From contig CM030334.1 in the NCBI GenBank assembly GCA_017654855.1, forward strand, positions 434,001 to 498,000: a DNA stretch of 64,000 bases, read 5' to 3'. Positions 46,322 to 58,665 of this stretch are shown piece after piece. The notes under the pieces are model-generated. The model was not told the DNA's origin and made no database searches. It worked only from the letters and a program-made list of their open reading frames with translations. Every line of letters begins with the position of its first letter. Positions within the stretch are counted from its first letter, which is position 1. The translations under genes and the position numbers were made by a program. The stretch comes from Podospora anserina. Its lineage: Eukaryota.

Positions 46322-48754
46322 TCACCCGAGGTTGAACTCGCTTGCCGAGTTCATCGACAACATCTTCATCTTGGCCTTCATCCTCTTAGCCGCATCCTCA
46401 TCCACCTGGCCAAACTCGTCATCATCAAACTTGCTCTTGCTGCCACCGCTAGGTTTGGCAGCACCAGAAGCGCTAGCCCCACCACCCTTCTGCCCGTTGG
46501 TAGCTGGCGTAAACTTGTGTGTCCTCCTCGAGATACCCGATCCAATGCCACCGGGCGCCTCGCGCAGACCGAACGCCTTGGCCATGTGTCCAAGATGCAG
46601 TTGCGTCATGTCAAAGTAGACTCTCTCTTCGCGGACGTGAGTGGCATAAGCTCTGATGTGAGACCTGAAAGCTTGTCTGCCGGCATCAAGCAAGGGGTTG
46701 TCCTTCTTCACTGGCTGCCTATTCTTTCCGCCGGTCTTGCTGAATTTACCCTTGTGGCCTTTGGGTCCTTCCTCGGCATCCTCGAATCCGGGCGCGGGCG
46801 CCAAAAGACGCTGTTCAAAATGCAGCTGAAGAACCTCGGCACGAGTGGCCCACGTCTCCCGCTTGTTGCTTTCCGTCTCGGCATTGTTTGTTTGTGAGGA
46901 GGCTGGAAGGTTGACATTCGTGGCAAAGCCTTTCTGCAAGATTGATTCATAAAGCTGGGGTGTTATGGTGGCGGAGGATGGCAGGATGCTGGTGTATCCT
47001 TCCTCAGGACCAGGGAGCAAAAAGAGAACCGCTTTACCAGAACGACCAGCTCTGGCGGTACGGCCGATGCGATGAACGTGATCAGGCACCGCAAAGGCGG
47101 GATCGTACTCAATAACCAGGTCGACGGCCGGCACATCGAGACCACGAGATGAAATGTCTGTCGTGATGAGAACAGCCGGATCCTTGCACCCCGAGAAAGC
47201 CTTTAAAGTAGCACTGCGAACCGGTTGCGCCAGGGAACCATGAAGTTTATGGAGCATTACCCTGGTGTTTGCGGGTGAGGTGATATAGGCAGCCGGTGCC
47301 ACCGTGGTTTCGATGTGAACATCCGGTTTTTTTGCTGGTGCGTCACCCTCTTGGGCTGGTGGTGGTGGTTCGACCGTCACGGTGTCTTTCAGGACCTCGT
47401 AGTGAAAGTCGACCGAATCAGCGCAAGAGATGAAGATGATTGCCTTCATAACCGACCCCTTCCTCGCAAATGTCGACTTGAGCAACGCAATCAATGTGAC
47501 CAGCCTCAACTTGGCTGGCACAATGATACACGACTGTTTCAGCTGCGCAGGCGCTGTGAAAGCAGACTCAGTGCTTCTACTGTTTTCCGCAGCATCCTTT
47601 TCCATCTCCGACTTGGAAGCGGTAATGTGCACCGCATCCTCCAGACTGATCTCGCCCAATTTCTGAACGTTCATCTTCATGGTAGCCGAGCACAGAACCG
47701 TGACCCTCCTCTTTGGCAGCACTCCATCCAGTACCAGCCCCTCAGAGTTCTTGGTTGCAAGCTTGTCCGCCCTAATTTTGCCAACAATCGCCTTGATATC
47801 GTCCTCGAAACCCATCTCCATCATCCTGTCGCCTTCGTCCAGCACCAACCATCTCACAGTTCCTACATCCAGCACCTTTGTATTATCCAAGTGATCCGTC
47901 AGTCTTCCTGGAGTCGCAACCAAGATGTTGACACCCTTCCTTAACCTCGCCTTTTCCGAATGCTTGCTCTCTCCACCGATAACAGTGGTGCAGACTAGCC
48001 ATGGCGCGCACCTGAGAACCTTCTCGAGGACTGCTGAGATTTGCTTGCAGAGTTCTCTTGTGGGCGCAAGGATGATCGCAAAGAGTCCCGAATTTCTATG
48101 TACCTTGGCATCCTTTTTGGGAGTGCCGTCCTCGTTCATACTGAGCTCCATGATTCGATGAACAATGGGCAACAGATACGCCAGCGTCTTTCCGGAACCG
48201 GTTTCTGCTTGAAGGAACGCATCGCTGTCGTCTTTGATAAGCACGGGAATTGTGTTCTTCTGAATCGCCGTCGGGGCTTTCATCTCAAGCTTGGTGGCCA
48301 GGTGGTGGGCTACTCGTCTCGCCAGGCCGAGTGTGTGAAAGTTCTCTGCTTCTTCGCTGAGGGGCGCATTGGAAGGTTTTGCCGGCTCGGCGGGTTCGGC
48401 GGGCGCTTCTTCGTCGAACTTGGTCACGACGGTGGGGATCGAAGTGAACAGGCTTGAAGAGACAAGACCGGTCTTCATGGCGTGGGTTGGCACCCAGGGG
48501 ATGTCACTTGTCCTGGGCGCTTTCGCCGGTCTGTGATCGCTGCTATCGTCGTTACCTCGTGGTCTTTTAGTAGGTCGATTCGGATCATAGGGCGCTCGTG
48601 GTTTGGCAGCTGGCTCGGGGCCTCCTTGCGATGCGGCTTTCGCCGACTTGTTGGCTTTAACGCGGTCTCTCCAGCGGCCGCCCTTGAACTTGACCTGGCT
48701 GACGAGAGGCGCATCGCCAATCTCAAAGTTCAGGAGCATTCCATCGTCGGCCAT
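46322..48754 (-). CDS. DBP7: DEAD-box RNA helicase Dbp7
   Basis: MADDGMLLNF start, AETGSGKTLAY, APTREL, TPGRL, DEGD, SAT, HRIGRTARAG, LHLGHMAKAFGLRE. Confidence 0.93.
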   Translation of the reverse strand: MADDGMLLNFEIGDAPLVSQVKFKGGRWRDRVKANKSAKAASQGGPEPAAKPRAPYDPNRPTKRPRGNDDSSDHRPAKAPRTSDIPWVPTHAMKTGLVSSSLFTSIPTVVTKFDEEAPAEPAEPAKPSNAPLSEEAENFHTLGLARRVAHHLATKLEMKAPTAIQKNTIPVLIKDDSDAFLQAETGSGKTLAYLLPIVHRIMELSMNEDGTPKKDAKVHRNSGLFAIILAPTRELCKQISAVLEKVLRCAPWLVCTTVIGGESKHSEKARLRKGVNILVATPGRLTDHLDNTKVLDVGTVRWLVLDEGDRMMEMGFEDDIKAIVGKIRADKLATKNSEGLVLDGVLPKRRVTVLCSATMKMNVQKLGEISLEDAVHITASKSEMEKDAAENSRSTESAFTAPAQLKQSCIIVPAKLRLVTLIALLKSTFARKGSVMKAIIFISCADSVDFHYEVLKDTVTVEPPPPAQEGDAPAKKPDVHIETTVAPAAYITSPANTRVMLHKLHGSLAQPVRSATLKAFSGCKDPAVLITTDISSRGLDVPAVDLVIEYDPAFAVPDHVHRIGRTARAGRSGKAVLFLLPGPEEGYTSILPSSATITPQLYESILQKGFATNVNLPASSQTNNAETESNKRETWATRAEVLQLHFEQRLLAPAPGFEDAEEGPKGHKGKFSKTGGKNRQPVKKDNPLLDAGRQAFRSHIRAYATHVREERVYFDMTQLHLGHMAKAFGLREAPGGIGSGISRRTHKFTPATNGQKGGGASASGAAKPSGGSKSKFDDDEFGQVDEDAAKRMKAKMKMLSMNSASEFNLG

Positions 48755-49107
48755 TTTGCTGATTGGTGTTTTGGCGGAGTTTACTCGCCTTGGTTGGACG
48801 GGGAAGGTTTTGGTTGGAACGTGTCGGCAGAAAAAAAGTTGGACCAGAGCTGGGACCCCGCGACCGACCATCAAAAATTAAGTGGGTCCCGAGCAGCATC
48901 GCTTGTGGAGACACTACGGCTGCCAAACTTGTGCAGGTTGAAGGTAACACAACGACGTGCACATCTTCCCCTTATCCGTACAGTGATCATACTCTGTAGA
49001 ACATCAGTGGGAATAATAATTAAGATTACACATTGACTACGGTATTAAACCAGCCATGCTAAATACGTCTCGGTCATCATCTCATACACACCCATCCTCC
49101 TTTGCCC

Positions 49108-50911
49108 TCATGCACATATCGTTGCGCCGATATGTTGAGCCCCGTGCTCATGTCGATGCCAAAACCCTGAATATCCTATCTCGCTACTTGGAAGTCCCGA
49201 AATACGACGATGAGGCGTCCCATGGTCCTCGCTTGTCACCTTGGAAGCCAGGTTCTCTGCAAATGGCGATCGTTTCCGGAGCTCTGGTCCGTAGTAGTAG
49301 ATGGCGTAGACGGCGCAGACAAGGAAAAGGGAGATGCAGAACAGGATGGTGCTCGCAATCTCTAGGTGTTTCGAACCTCCGATATTTGTGTAGAAGGGCG
49401 TCGCCGGTACTGTGAGAACGCCTGCCAGGAAGTCCCGGGACCAACCATTCCCGCCCGTCGCCGAAGCTGAATACGGCCCGTACGCGCAGATCATGTACTG
49501 TAGTGTAGTCAGCATCTTGGAATGTGGGACAAAGCAATGTGCAACTTGCATCAATCGTGGCCATGTATATGGAGTAGTTGGCAATGCCAATGATGGCAGA
49601 TCCGACCATGGTTCCGATCCAGTGCACCGGCGGGCCTCCAGATGTCCAGGCAAATATGACTAGACCAAGTGGCAGGCATGGTGCCGTATAGAGCAGCCAC
49701 CACAACCTCGATTCATACTGGGCGTGTTCATCGCCAGGCTTGAGTGCTCTTTCCTTTCTGTTTCGTCGGATGGCTGGGATAAACGAGATCCAGGCAATGA
49801 TGTAACCAATGCCAATAGGAACAAACGCCAGCCCGATGTCCACAGCCGAAAACCCCCATTGTCTGTAGACCAGCACAAATGATTGGATCTGCATGAAGAT
49901 CAGGGCGTCCGAGAATCCAGAGAGCAAGGACAGCGTGAGAACGATAGGCTCAGTAAGAAACATCCGGAATGGGCGCACCCATGTCCAGATTAGCTCCTTG
50001 AAGGTAAAGCGCTGCCAGAAAGGCTCGATCTCGTTGGGCCCGTAGAGGTTGGGCGACTGTCCAGACTTGCGACGTTTCTGAGCAATCCTGTCCAGCAGGA
50101 TGGTCGTTCTAGTTTCTGGCACAAAGATGAGATGCAGAAGTTGAACAAACACGCCGAAGATTAGCTGAATCCAAATGGTCCATCTCCAGGGCAGATATTC
50201 TTCAGCAAACCCGCCAATGATAGGCCCCAGGATAGAGCCGCCGACAGAGGAAAACACAATGTAGGCGACGGCGCACTGTTGCTCATTCGGTTCGAAGATG
50301 TCTGCAATCATTCCCAAGGTCACACTTCCGCCAGCGGAAGATAAACCTCCTAGCGCACGACCGACCATGAGGGAGGCAAAGTTTGGTGCCAGGGCAACCG
50401 GAAGACACCAGATATTGACCAGCCCGAGGGATAGCTGGAGGATAGGCTTTCGTCCGAATTCTTCCGACCATGGTGCCCAAAGCTCGCACCCGAAGGCGTA
50501 AGTGATGAGGAAAACTGCAGCTCCAGCACGAGCTGCCTGGGCGCTGACCCCAAACTCCTGCGATATCCCGTCGATTCCATTCGAGTAAAGCGAGGTGTTG
50601 AAGTTCATGGAGGTCTGCACCAGAAAAATGATGGTGAGGATGGTCCATTTCTTCCTCGTTGGGAAACAAAATCCCAACTCTTTCCATGCATCTTCCTCCT
50701 TCAGCTCGACCTTGTCTGTTGGAGGAGCGTCGGTTGTGGAGAATTGGCGAGCGGGTGCGACTGTCTTGCTGGGCGGAACAGCGCCGGTTATCTCGTCATG
50801 GCTGGTATCTGGTCGGTCTGGAGCAGACGCTTCGGGGTCAGTTTGGTCGGAATCCGCGTGGGTTTGCTTCTCTGGATCCTCTCCAAGACGGTCATTCGAT
50901 ATTTGCGACAT
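49108..50911 (-). CDS. MFS multidrug (DHA1-like) transporter, 2 exons
   Basis: Multiple TM segments, WAPWSEEFGRKP, WRWTIWIQLI, VPETR; a 52-nt intron 49549-49498 joins ATID to YMICAYG. Confidence 0.9.
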
Positions 50912-52174
50912 GACGTCACTGGACGAGTATTCAAGGGGTATGTAAGGGTCCTATTGATCCCGTAGGGATAACGAGTGACAACTGGAAAAGGAAGAAGGAA
51001 ACGAAGTGAAAGTCCCTACATTCAGAAATGTCATGGGGAAGAGGAATTCCAAAACGAATATACGTTCTGCCTATGAAGGCGAACAGCATCACTTGATGAC
51101 ATCGGTTTGCGAACTCTTGGGCGGAACGCCATCACACATCACACGAGCTGCCAAAGCTCCGTCGCTTTCCAGAAGAACCCGATCATGAATCGCGCTGCGT
51201 TGAATGTTGTTCCTGGAAGAACGAAACAGGCCACGCAAGCCGCACACCTGTTTATGACCCCGAAGAGGGGCAAAACGACGCGCAGGGGCCTTGGGTGCGG
51301 ATGGTTTTCGCGACGGTGGAAGCCAAGTAGAAGGACCGGGAGCAGGGAGGAAAGCAGCGGTGGGGAGGCATTCGATTTGCCGCTGAACGGTATAAGAAGT
51401 AAGCCAGATAATGAAGAGAATCCAGGATTACAACACTCCATACTTGAAGTATGAGAGGCAAATAACTGTGCAATATCGGCTGTCTTGTGACATTTCGAGT
51501 TTGGATCGACGTTGGATCTCGAGAGATGAAAAGCGTTGCTAAGCCTATGCCAAGATAGTCGCCGATTGGTGGTGGGGTCACGCTAGCGGGCAGGGGACCC
51601 GGAGATCCACAGCGTCCACCTTCCTGTTCTCCACATTTCACTTCACATCATGAGCTTCAATGACCCAGTCCTTGAGATATATGTCCGAATGTAGCTCGCA
51701 AATCTGTACTACTTCGTTTTATCAATGCCCCACGAGCGAGCGAGCCAATGACGTGTAAGCCTGGCAGGGAATTCAACGTCGGGCGAGTGGTCAAGAGCGA
51801 GCCGACAGAGTCGGTGTCGGCATTCTGATGTCCCGCTGCAGGCTGACCAACGGCAGTATCGCCAGTCAGGTCGGACACGAGTGACTGTTGTCGGATCCGA
51901 TCTGGGGCTCAAAGGATAGAGGAAGTAGAGGGATGCGGCTAGGTAGGTACCTGGGTCATAAAAGTAACCGTATCGCCGGTTGCAGCAACTGGACTTCCCC
52001 AAACACCGACTCCGAAACGTGCGCCCTAAATATATTAGCCAGAGAGAACTTGACGGGCCCAAAACAGTGATCGTCTATTCTCTGGTCTCGGTGTTCCGGA
52101 CCAGCTCCAGGGCAACTGACAGTCCCAGAGGTCTTATTTAATCAAACCACCATCAGATCGACTTGCCCTTCAAC

Positions 52175-53167
52175 ATGCCCCCCATCAACAACCTATTCCG
52201 GCCCTTTTTTGCCCAAAACACCAGGCTTCTCCGTCAACCCTTCTCAACACCTAGACGCGCCGAAGTAATGACGACCCAGGTCGCTTTCGCAGCCGCCGCT
52301 GTTGGCATTGGCGCCTATGTGTACATGAGAAGCGGTGCCACTGCAGCTCCCGCCACGTCGGCCACGGGTGCCAGCAGCGACACCACAAAGCCATACTTCA
52401 GCGGCTTCGGATTCCGCACCCTCAAGCTGCACAGCTCCGAGGTCGTCAACCACAACACCAAGAAGCTCCGCTTTGAGCTTCCAGATCCGAATCAGTCGAG
52501 CGGCCTTACCCTCAGCTCCGCTCTCTTGACTGTCTCTTTTCCCCCTACGAACGGCCGGTGGACTCCCGTGATCCGGCCTTACACACCCACCAACCCTCTG
52601 GACGAGCCCGGGTTTGTCGAGTTGACGGTCAAGCTCTACCCCGACGGAAAACAAAGCGGATACTTGCACTCCCTCAAGCCTGGCGACATCATCTCCTGCC
52701 TTCGGATACCCGAATATGTCTGGCAGCCCAACAAGCACGATCATGTCGCTCTGATTGCCGGTGGCGCTGGCATCACGCCCATGTACCAGCTCATCCAGGG
52801 CATCTTGGCCAACCCCGAGGACAATACCAGGATCACTCTCGTTTGGGGTGTTAACGGTGACAGGGATATATTCCTCAAGAAGGAGTTTGCCGAACTGCAG
52901 TCAAAGTACCCAGGGAGATTTAGAGCCGAGTATGTTGTTTCCCAGCCAGAGGCCGGCTCGACGTATCGCAAGGGATATGTGAACGGGAAAGTACTTGAGG
53001 AACTCGGACTGGGCGCCAATGAGGCGAAGAACAAGAGCATCAAGGTCATGATTTGTGGGCCGCCGGCGATGGAAAAGGCATTGAAGGGGGGCAAAGGCCC
53101 GTTTGCCAACAAAACTGGCGTTCTCCACGAGCTGGGCTACAAGCCTGATCAGATTTACAGTTTTTAA
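52175..53167 (+). CDS. NADH-cytochrome b5 reductase (Mcr1-like)
   Basis: RPYTP, GKQSGYLHSL, IAGGAGITPMYQ, MICGPPAM; basic N-terminus followed by a hydrophobic anchor. Confidence 0.9.
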   Translation: MPPINNLFRPFFAQNTRLLRQPFSTPRRAEVMTTQVAFAAAAVGIGAYVYMRSGATAAPATSATGASSDTTKPYFSGFGFRTLKLHSSEVVNHNTKKLRFELPDPNQSSGLTLSSALLTVSFPPTNGRWTPVIRPYTPTNPLDEPGFVELTVKLYPDGKQSGYLHSLKPGDIISCLRIPEYVWQPNKHDHVALIAGGAGITPMYQLIQGILANPEDNTRITLVWGVNGDRDIFLKKEFAELQSKYPGRFRAEYVVSQPEAGSTYRKGYVNGKVLEELGLGANEAKNKSIKVMICGPPAMEKALKGGKGPFANKTGVLHELGYKPDQIYSF

Positions 53168-53463
53168 GTGCGGGAATGACTGAGGGTGCTGAGTGTATGA
53201 TTATAGGCTAGGGAATACCAGGTTCTGATTTACACATCAAATTCATGGACGATTGTTGAAATCAGTTGTGCAAGAATTGGCACAGTGCTGTAGGCCTCAC
53301 CCAGCACCAAGGCCAGATCGCTCCTTCTTGACAAATCTGATCGTTCCACCTTTTGTTGCTGCCAGCCTTCACTCTTGTCAAGATTCAACCCAAGTGTTTT
53401 CCAGTTTTTGTTGCTGGCGCCATTCATCCTCTTGGTTTTTCACCTCGGGCCTTCACTTTACCT

Positions 53464-54270
53464 ATGTTATCTACATCCATTTTAGCCCGCTTGAAATCTT
53501 CACCATACGGCACCGATTATCCATCACGACTATCCATCAAACTGCCGTGCCACATGCCTTTTCGACTTCCCCTCAAGCATCTTCCCTCGCGATACCTCTC
53601 CACCGCTCCCGAATTTGCCAACCGCCTCAAGACCATCAACCTAGAAGTCGAACGGAAAGTCCCATGCCTCGCCATTCCCACTCTGAGCGACCCTTCGCTC
53701 TGGTCCAACCCCGCCTTCATTTCTGTTGATCCTCTTCCGTTCAAAATCTTCCACGATGTTTACTACGACAACAATGATACCTTGAGCTCCCACGGTCTCT
53801 GGGTTCGGCAGAGAAATGGTGTGTGGCAGGCCAAGGTCAACCCATCAGTCAGGAGAGGACGGGCAAACACAAGATTCGAAGAGTTACGGATAGAATCTGA
53901 TATTCAAAAGGCTGTCGAGGCTATCACCAGAGTGGAGGCGCAAGCCACAGCCAATTTCGGGCTGAACAAGATGGCTGACTTTACAACCTACCGAGAAGGG
54001 TGGAGAGTGGATGGCGACTTTATGGTTGTGAGAGACAATACTAGCTTCGGGTGGGGCGTCGTTGAAATTGAGCTGGAGGAACAGATAAAGTGTGTGGGGG
54101 GAGAGGAAGTCGATGAAAAGTGGAAGGAGAGGAAGATGGATGAGATGGATAGGAGAATCGAGATGTTCATGGAGAAGTATAGTTGGGCATGGGGTAAAGG
54201 GCAGGTGAAGGGGAAGCTGAGTGCTTACTTGGACATGACGAGGGGGATCAGAAGTGGAAGGGTGAGGTAG
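53464..54270 (+). CDS. CYTH-domain protein (thiamine triphosphatase-like)
   Basis: EVERK (EXEXK) motif, DVYYD, LWVRQR, WQAK, VVEIEL, GKLSAY; start uncertain (53464 or 53554). Confidence 0.78.
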   Translation: MLSTSILARLKSSPYGTDYPSRLSIKLPCHMPFRLPLKHLPSRYLSTAPEFANRLKTINLEVERKVPCLAIPTLSDPSLWSNPAFISVDPLPFKIFHDVYYDNNDTLSSHGLWVRQRNGVWQAKVNPSVRRGRANTRFEELRIESDIQKAVEAITRVEAQATANFGLNKMADFTTYREGWRVDGDFMVVRDNTSFGWGVVEIELEEQIKCVGGEEVDEKWKERKMDEMDRRIEMFMEKYSWAWGKGQVKGKLSAYLDMTRGIRSGRVR

Positions 54271-54775
54271 TGTCGTACAGTCACCTCAAGATAAGAGCAT
54301 GTGCCAGGCATTCAAGGTCGCGGAAGCTTGATTATAGCCATTCAGATAGAGTTTTGCTTCGAAGAGTCATCGTTCTGGGTGACCGCAATCCTCTATCTCG
54401 GGTGGCATAACCTTAAGTGGAAATTGCTTTTGTAGATGTGAGAGCATAAAAGTCACCAGACCGCAAAGCTGGAAGCACTCCCACAACTTTATATAACCAG
54501 CTCTTTTTCCTAAGCCCTATATAACCATCCTCTTTTCTCAAGACCCTTTTTCTTTTTCCCCACGCCACACATCACACTGGTACACTGGAGAAACAAGCCT
54601 GGCATTTCAGAGTGCTCACCACAAGACCACAACCTCACCACACCACCAAAATCCCATCACAATACCAAAATCCTCATTCCAGTACCAACCGACGCATAAT
54701 ATCTGCCACACCTCAGCTAATCCCCGCAACTACCTACTCAACCCACGCCAAAGACGAGCATCAACCCCATCAAAG

Positions 54776-55123
54776 ATGTGCCAATACATCACCCGACTCT
54801 ACCCCTGCGGGTATCAGTCTCCCATCATGATGCTCCGCTCGTGCGATTCAGACTGGAAGCCGGCCGGCACTCCCCGGAAGCCGCGTTGCCCTCTGGTGGA
54901 AATGTCCACCCAGTTCTTCAAGTCCGACCTCGAGAAGATCAAGATGAAGGACAGCAATGGCTGGAACGGCAAGGGCGCGTTTTGCGAGGGATGTGACAGG
55001 GATGAGTGCAAGATCCGTAGGACTTGTATTGCGAACCCCAAGGGTCCGGATTATTCGACCCGGCTGGAGGCCTATAGAGAGGCGAAGAAGATACTTTTGG
55101 GAGAAGGAGAGGAGGAGAACTAG
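54776..55123 (+). CDS. Small Cys-rich hypothetical protein
   Basis: MCQYITRLYPCG start and CEGC/C..C pattern; TATA-like elements upstream. Confidence 0.6.
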   Translation: MCQYITRLYPCGYQSPIMMLRSCDSDWKPAGTPRKPRCPLVEMSTQFFKSDLEKIKMKDSNGWNGKGAFCEGCDRDECKIRRTCIANPKGPDYSTRLEAYREAKKILLGEGEEEN

Positions 55124-55435
55124 GAGTGGATATCAAGGAGGGAATTAAGAGGGGAGGAGGGGGGGGGAATTGGTTACACAGGAATAGGAGAAGTAAAGGC
55201 GGATATTAGGAGAGAATGAAAGGGGAAAAGAACTGGCTGTGGGGGAGAAGGGTCTGGTGTTTTGGTGATGGCGGTAATTCGTTTATGTAGTTGCTATGTA
55301 TTCGGCTTGGAGTGGGTAAGTAAGCAGGGGTTTTATGTCAGTAAGGTTGGCTTTTACACATGTTTTTCTGGTAAATGTTTATGATTTGCAGTAACGAGAC
55401 AGCACATGAATCATGGATCGACCCTAATATAGTTA

Positions 55436-57770
55436 TCATGCAATCCGATATCCATCCCTCAGCTCTGGCGGAACCTGAAATGCCCCATAGAACGCCACTC
55501 GGCCCTCTTCCAGCCTCTTGTACAGCTTTTGACCCTCAAGATCATATCTTTGCACGTCAGATGCCACCTGCACAAAGGAAGAAAACCCAGCCACCTTGGC
55601 TATTTTCCCGGTCTTGTCTGGCATGTCCTCTACCACACGAACTGGTGTTCCGCTTTGACCAAACACTCTAGTGTTGCCAGGTTGCCCGAACTCGATAGAA
55701 GATCGATCTGGCAACCAGGTTTTTCCAAGTGGTTGGGTCTTCGCTTGGATCAGCGGGAGCTCTAGACAAGAGGTTTCTGAAAGATCAGCTGGGCCTGCTC
55801 TGTTGGTGGACGCGGAAGATGCCTTGGCCGACCATCTGTGTAGCCAGAGTTGGATACCCAGTGATGGAGGCAAGTATCAGGTACTTGGTATCTTAGATAA
55901 AGGGACGTACGTACCTGACATCGACTATCTACTACTCCAATGCTCTTGGCTTCATCTTCAATCAAGCTGTCGTCCAAGAGAGCGAGCTTGCTTGAGCTGT
56001 ACTTGATTCCTGACCATTCGTCTTGTGACAGCCATTGGAGTGACAACTTCGGCTTGGGTGAGTTAGCTGCTGGTTTCAATGCAGTCCAGCCGATGGTATC
56101 CACCAAACTGATATCGTGGGTGAAGCCCGAGGGGAAGGTTTGCTGAGGAGAAGGGTCAAAGACCCTTGTAACTTTCCCCAGCTAAGTAGGTAGGTACATA
56201 TTCCAAGGTTAGCCAATGCCTTGAAGTTTTTCAGATGCGCAGTCTAAAGATATGCTTGCTCTTACCTTATGACCGTGTTTTGCAGAAGCAATTCGGATGT
56301 TGGAGGCCCAATCAGGTGTTGCTACACCTGATTTGGCCGTTACCGCCGTCATGGCAAGTGTATGAGTTGATACGGTGATGTATCTTTTAGTCTGGTCTGC
56401 TTCGGGAATCCCAAGGACCTCAAGCTTCCCTTCAAGCCGGTCTTTGGATTTGCTTTCACTGGAAGAAATCCGTACAGTACTCCCAAACGCCGCTTTGAAG
56501 GACAGTGTCAGAGGCCAACCTACCACATCGGTTGCTGCAAATTGGTTGGCTGTGGATGGCTGGCATCCGATTGTAGTTGTTGAAGATCCCCCTGTCAGGT
56601 GTACTGGTGTTGACTCTGCTCTGCCAGCAGTTGGGTAGAAAGACTCTCGGATGAAGCTGACTTTGAGTCCCCCAAACTCAGCAGGGTACTTGTGCAGCTC
56701 CTTCTGGTAGTCAAAGTCCTCTGGGACAATGACCTGCAGCTGGTGATTGATGAGATGATAAATGCCAATAGCGTGGGTGAACAAGTTTAGAATCTCCTCG
56801 ACAGTCTCATTTGCCAGCGGCCTGATTGGTGAGATGACGATGGAATGCGGATCTGGAGGTTGAGACATCAGGGGTAAAAGCGGATGATGGAACCGAACTG
56901 GGATGACGACGGGAACCTTGTCCACCGACAGGGGTACTGACCCCGAGTCGGGGTCAGTTACAGTATTTGGAAGTGTGCATGTCCAGCAGGCGTTATCGGG
57001 GTCCTTTTGCTAAGCTCAAGATCTTCTTGCAGTGCATCCGGCAGCTGCTGTAGACTCAAGTGGTCCACCATCTCTACCATGGTCTTGGATTGTCTCCTGG
57101 ACCGGCTTTTCTTGACCTTGCCTGCATATAATTCGGGCTCGGGAGTCCGTCTCTTGGCTTTGGTAGACCCTAGGGCCTCAGGAATCTCAAGCGCATTTTG
57201 CTTTATATTCTCGTTCTTTCTGTTTGGTTTGAGACTCCAAACTAAGAGTATCTTGGTGAATGGAACCGGTGGGAGAAAACTGAAACGTCGCGGATGACTC
57301 GTTTTTGCGCTCTTTTAGGATCGTCCGAAGTCTTCCGAATACCGTCCCAAGTCCTCCATGGCTTTGCACCACACTAACTTTTTTAGGCACAACAGGAGTG
57401 TTTTGCCGATTTGGTGGCGGTAATGATTTGCTGGAACTGGCAAGCCATGGATGAGCCAGGCATTGTCTTATCGTAAATCTCTTTTCAGGATCGACAATCA
57501 AGATAGAGTCAATCAGATCCACGAAAGCCGTTAGTCTGCTGAGGGCACAAATCACGAAAGTCAAGACTTACAGGCTGGGTCACTGATTGGATCCCAATAC
57601 GGTGACTGATACTCAAAGCGATCACCCAAAATCTGTTGATTCAAGTCGTAGGGAAAGTCCTTACTCATGAGATCCTCAGATACGGGAGGTAACCACAAAG
57701 ACAAATATTCAAGACCACCCCCAGCGCCCAAATGTCAACTGTTTTGCCGTGGAGCTTTTGGGTGATATTT
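55436..57770 (-). pseudogene. Decayed Chk2/CAMK-like kinase C-lobe fused to trypsin-fold protease-like domain
   Basis: VDIWALGVVL.ICLCG/PP.SEDL..DFPY.L.QQI..RFEY.SPYWD..DPA(intron)DLIDSILIVDPEKRFTIRQCLAHPW, then TVSTH, HDISL, GQSG; several frameshifts and TGA at 55787-55785. Confidence 0.72.
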
Positions 57771-58174
57771 AGGGATAGAAGGGATACAGTGCAGTACTGG
57801 ACTTTTCTGTACGTCAAACCTGAATCATGCAGGGAACAGAGTTTTTGGATTACGTGCTAACATCGACCGGTATAACACAGATTCGGTAGCATGATTTTGG
57901 TCTTGACCCTTGTTCAAGTGATACTCGGTGCGGCGCAGGTAGCAGGGTCGTTCGCCCCCATCACAGGGGACTGACCGGATGAAGCTAGAGCAATGAGCCC
58001 TTGTTAACTTCAAGTGTGGTTATTCAAATAGCCAAAGTAAGAAATAGCTAAAGTAAAAGTTCGGAATTGTGTGTATAAAATAGACAGTTCTATCCTCAGG
58101 GGCTCAGGGGCCAAAAAGTCTCCACCCTGATACCCACCCAGCCTGAGGTGGGTAACAAAAATGATGGTTATGGT

Positions 58175-58260
58175 CTCTCCCGCCGGGAATTGAACCCGGG
58201 TCTCGAGCGTTGACAATTGAAGCTGACAAGCTCACATACTGACCACTATACTACGGAAGA
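58175..58260 (-). tRNA. tRNA-Asp(GTC) with intron
   Basis: TCTTCCGTAGTATAGTGGTCAGTATG, anticodon stem TGAGC/GCTCG, loop TT-GTC-A plus 14-nt intron, T arm CCGGG-TTCAATT-CCCGG. Confidence 0.93.
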
Positions 58261-58665
58261 TTTGCAGGTGTTGGCACCTGTCGTAGCTTGCATTTCGATA
58301 GTGAAATGTGTATTTATCACTGTCGGACTGTACGACCCACGAAAACGGGCGTGGGCTTGTGTGCATACAGCGAGTTCCTCCATGCGCGGCGAATTGGTCC
58401 GAATGCATCTTTTTAAAATACGAAATCGGGCCAGCCCATCGTGTTGATTACCTCAAAACTTCACAGTTCGACGAGGATGCTTTCTCTTAGACGTTCTCTT
58501 TGCATAAGGTACCTATGTAACCCAGCACCGTCAACTTGTCGATTCCTCCAACCATTAATCAGCACCTTCCTTCCATGATGTCAACCATGATATGAACCAA
58601 ATGCCACCTCGCTATGATCAACCCTGATAAAAAAATGGAAAACAGAAAGAAAGCAAACCAGCAAA

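Noticed and set aside
44664..54270. Secondary-metabolite cluster (monooxygenase, MFS, reductase)
   Set aside because: No backbone synthase, and the run is interrupted by housekeeping DBP7.
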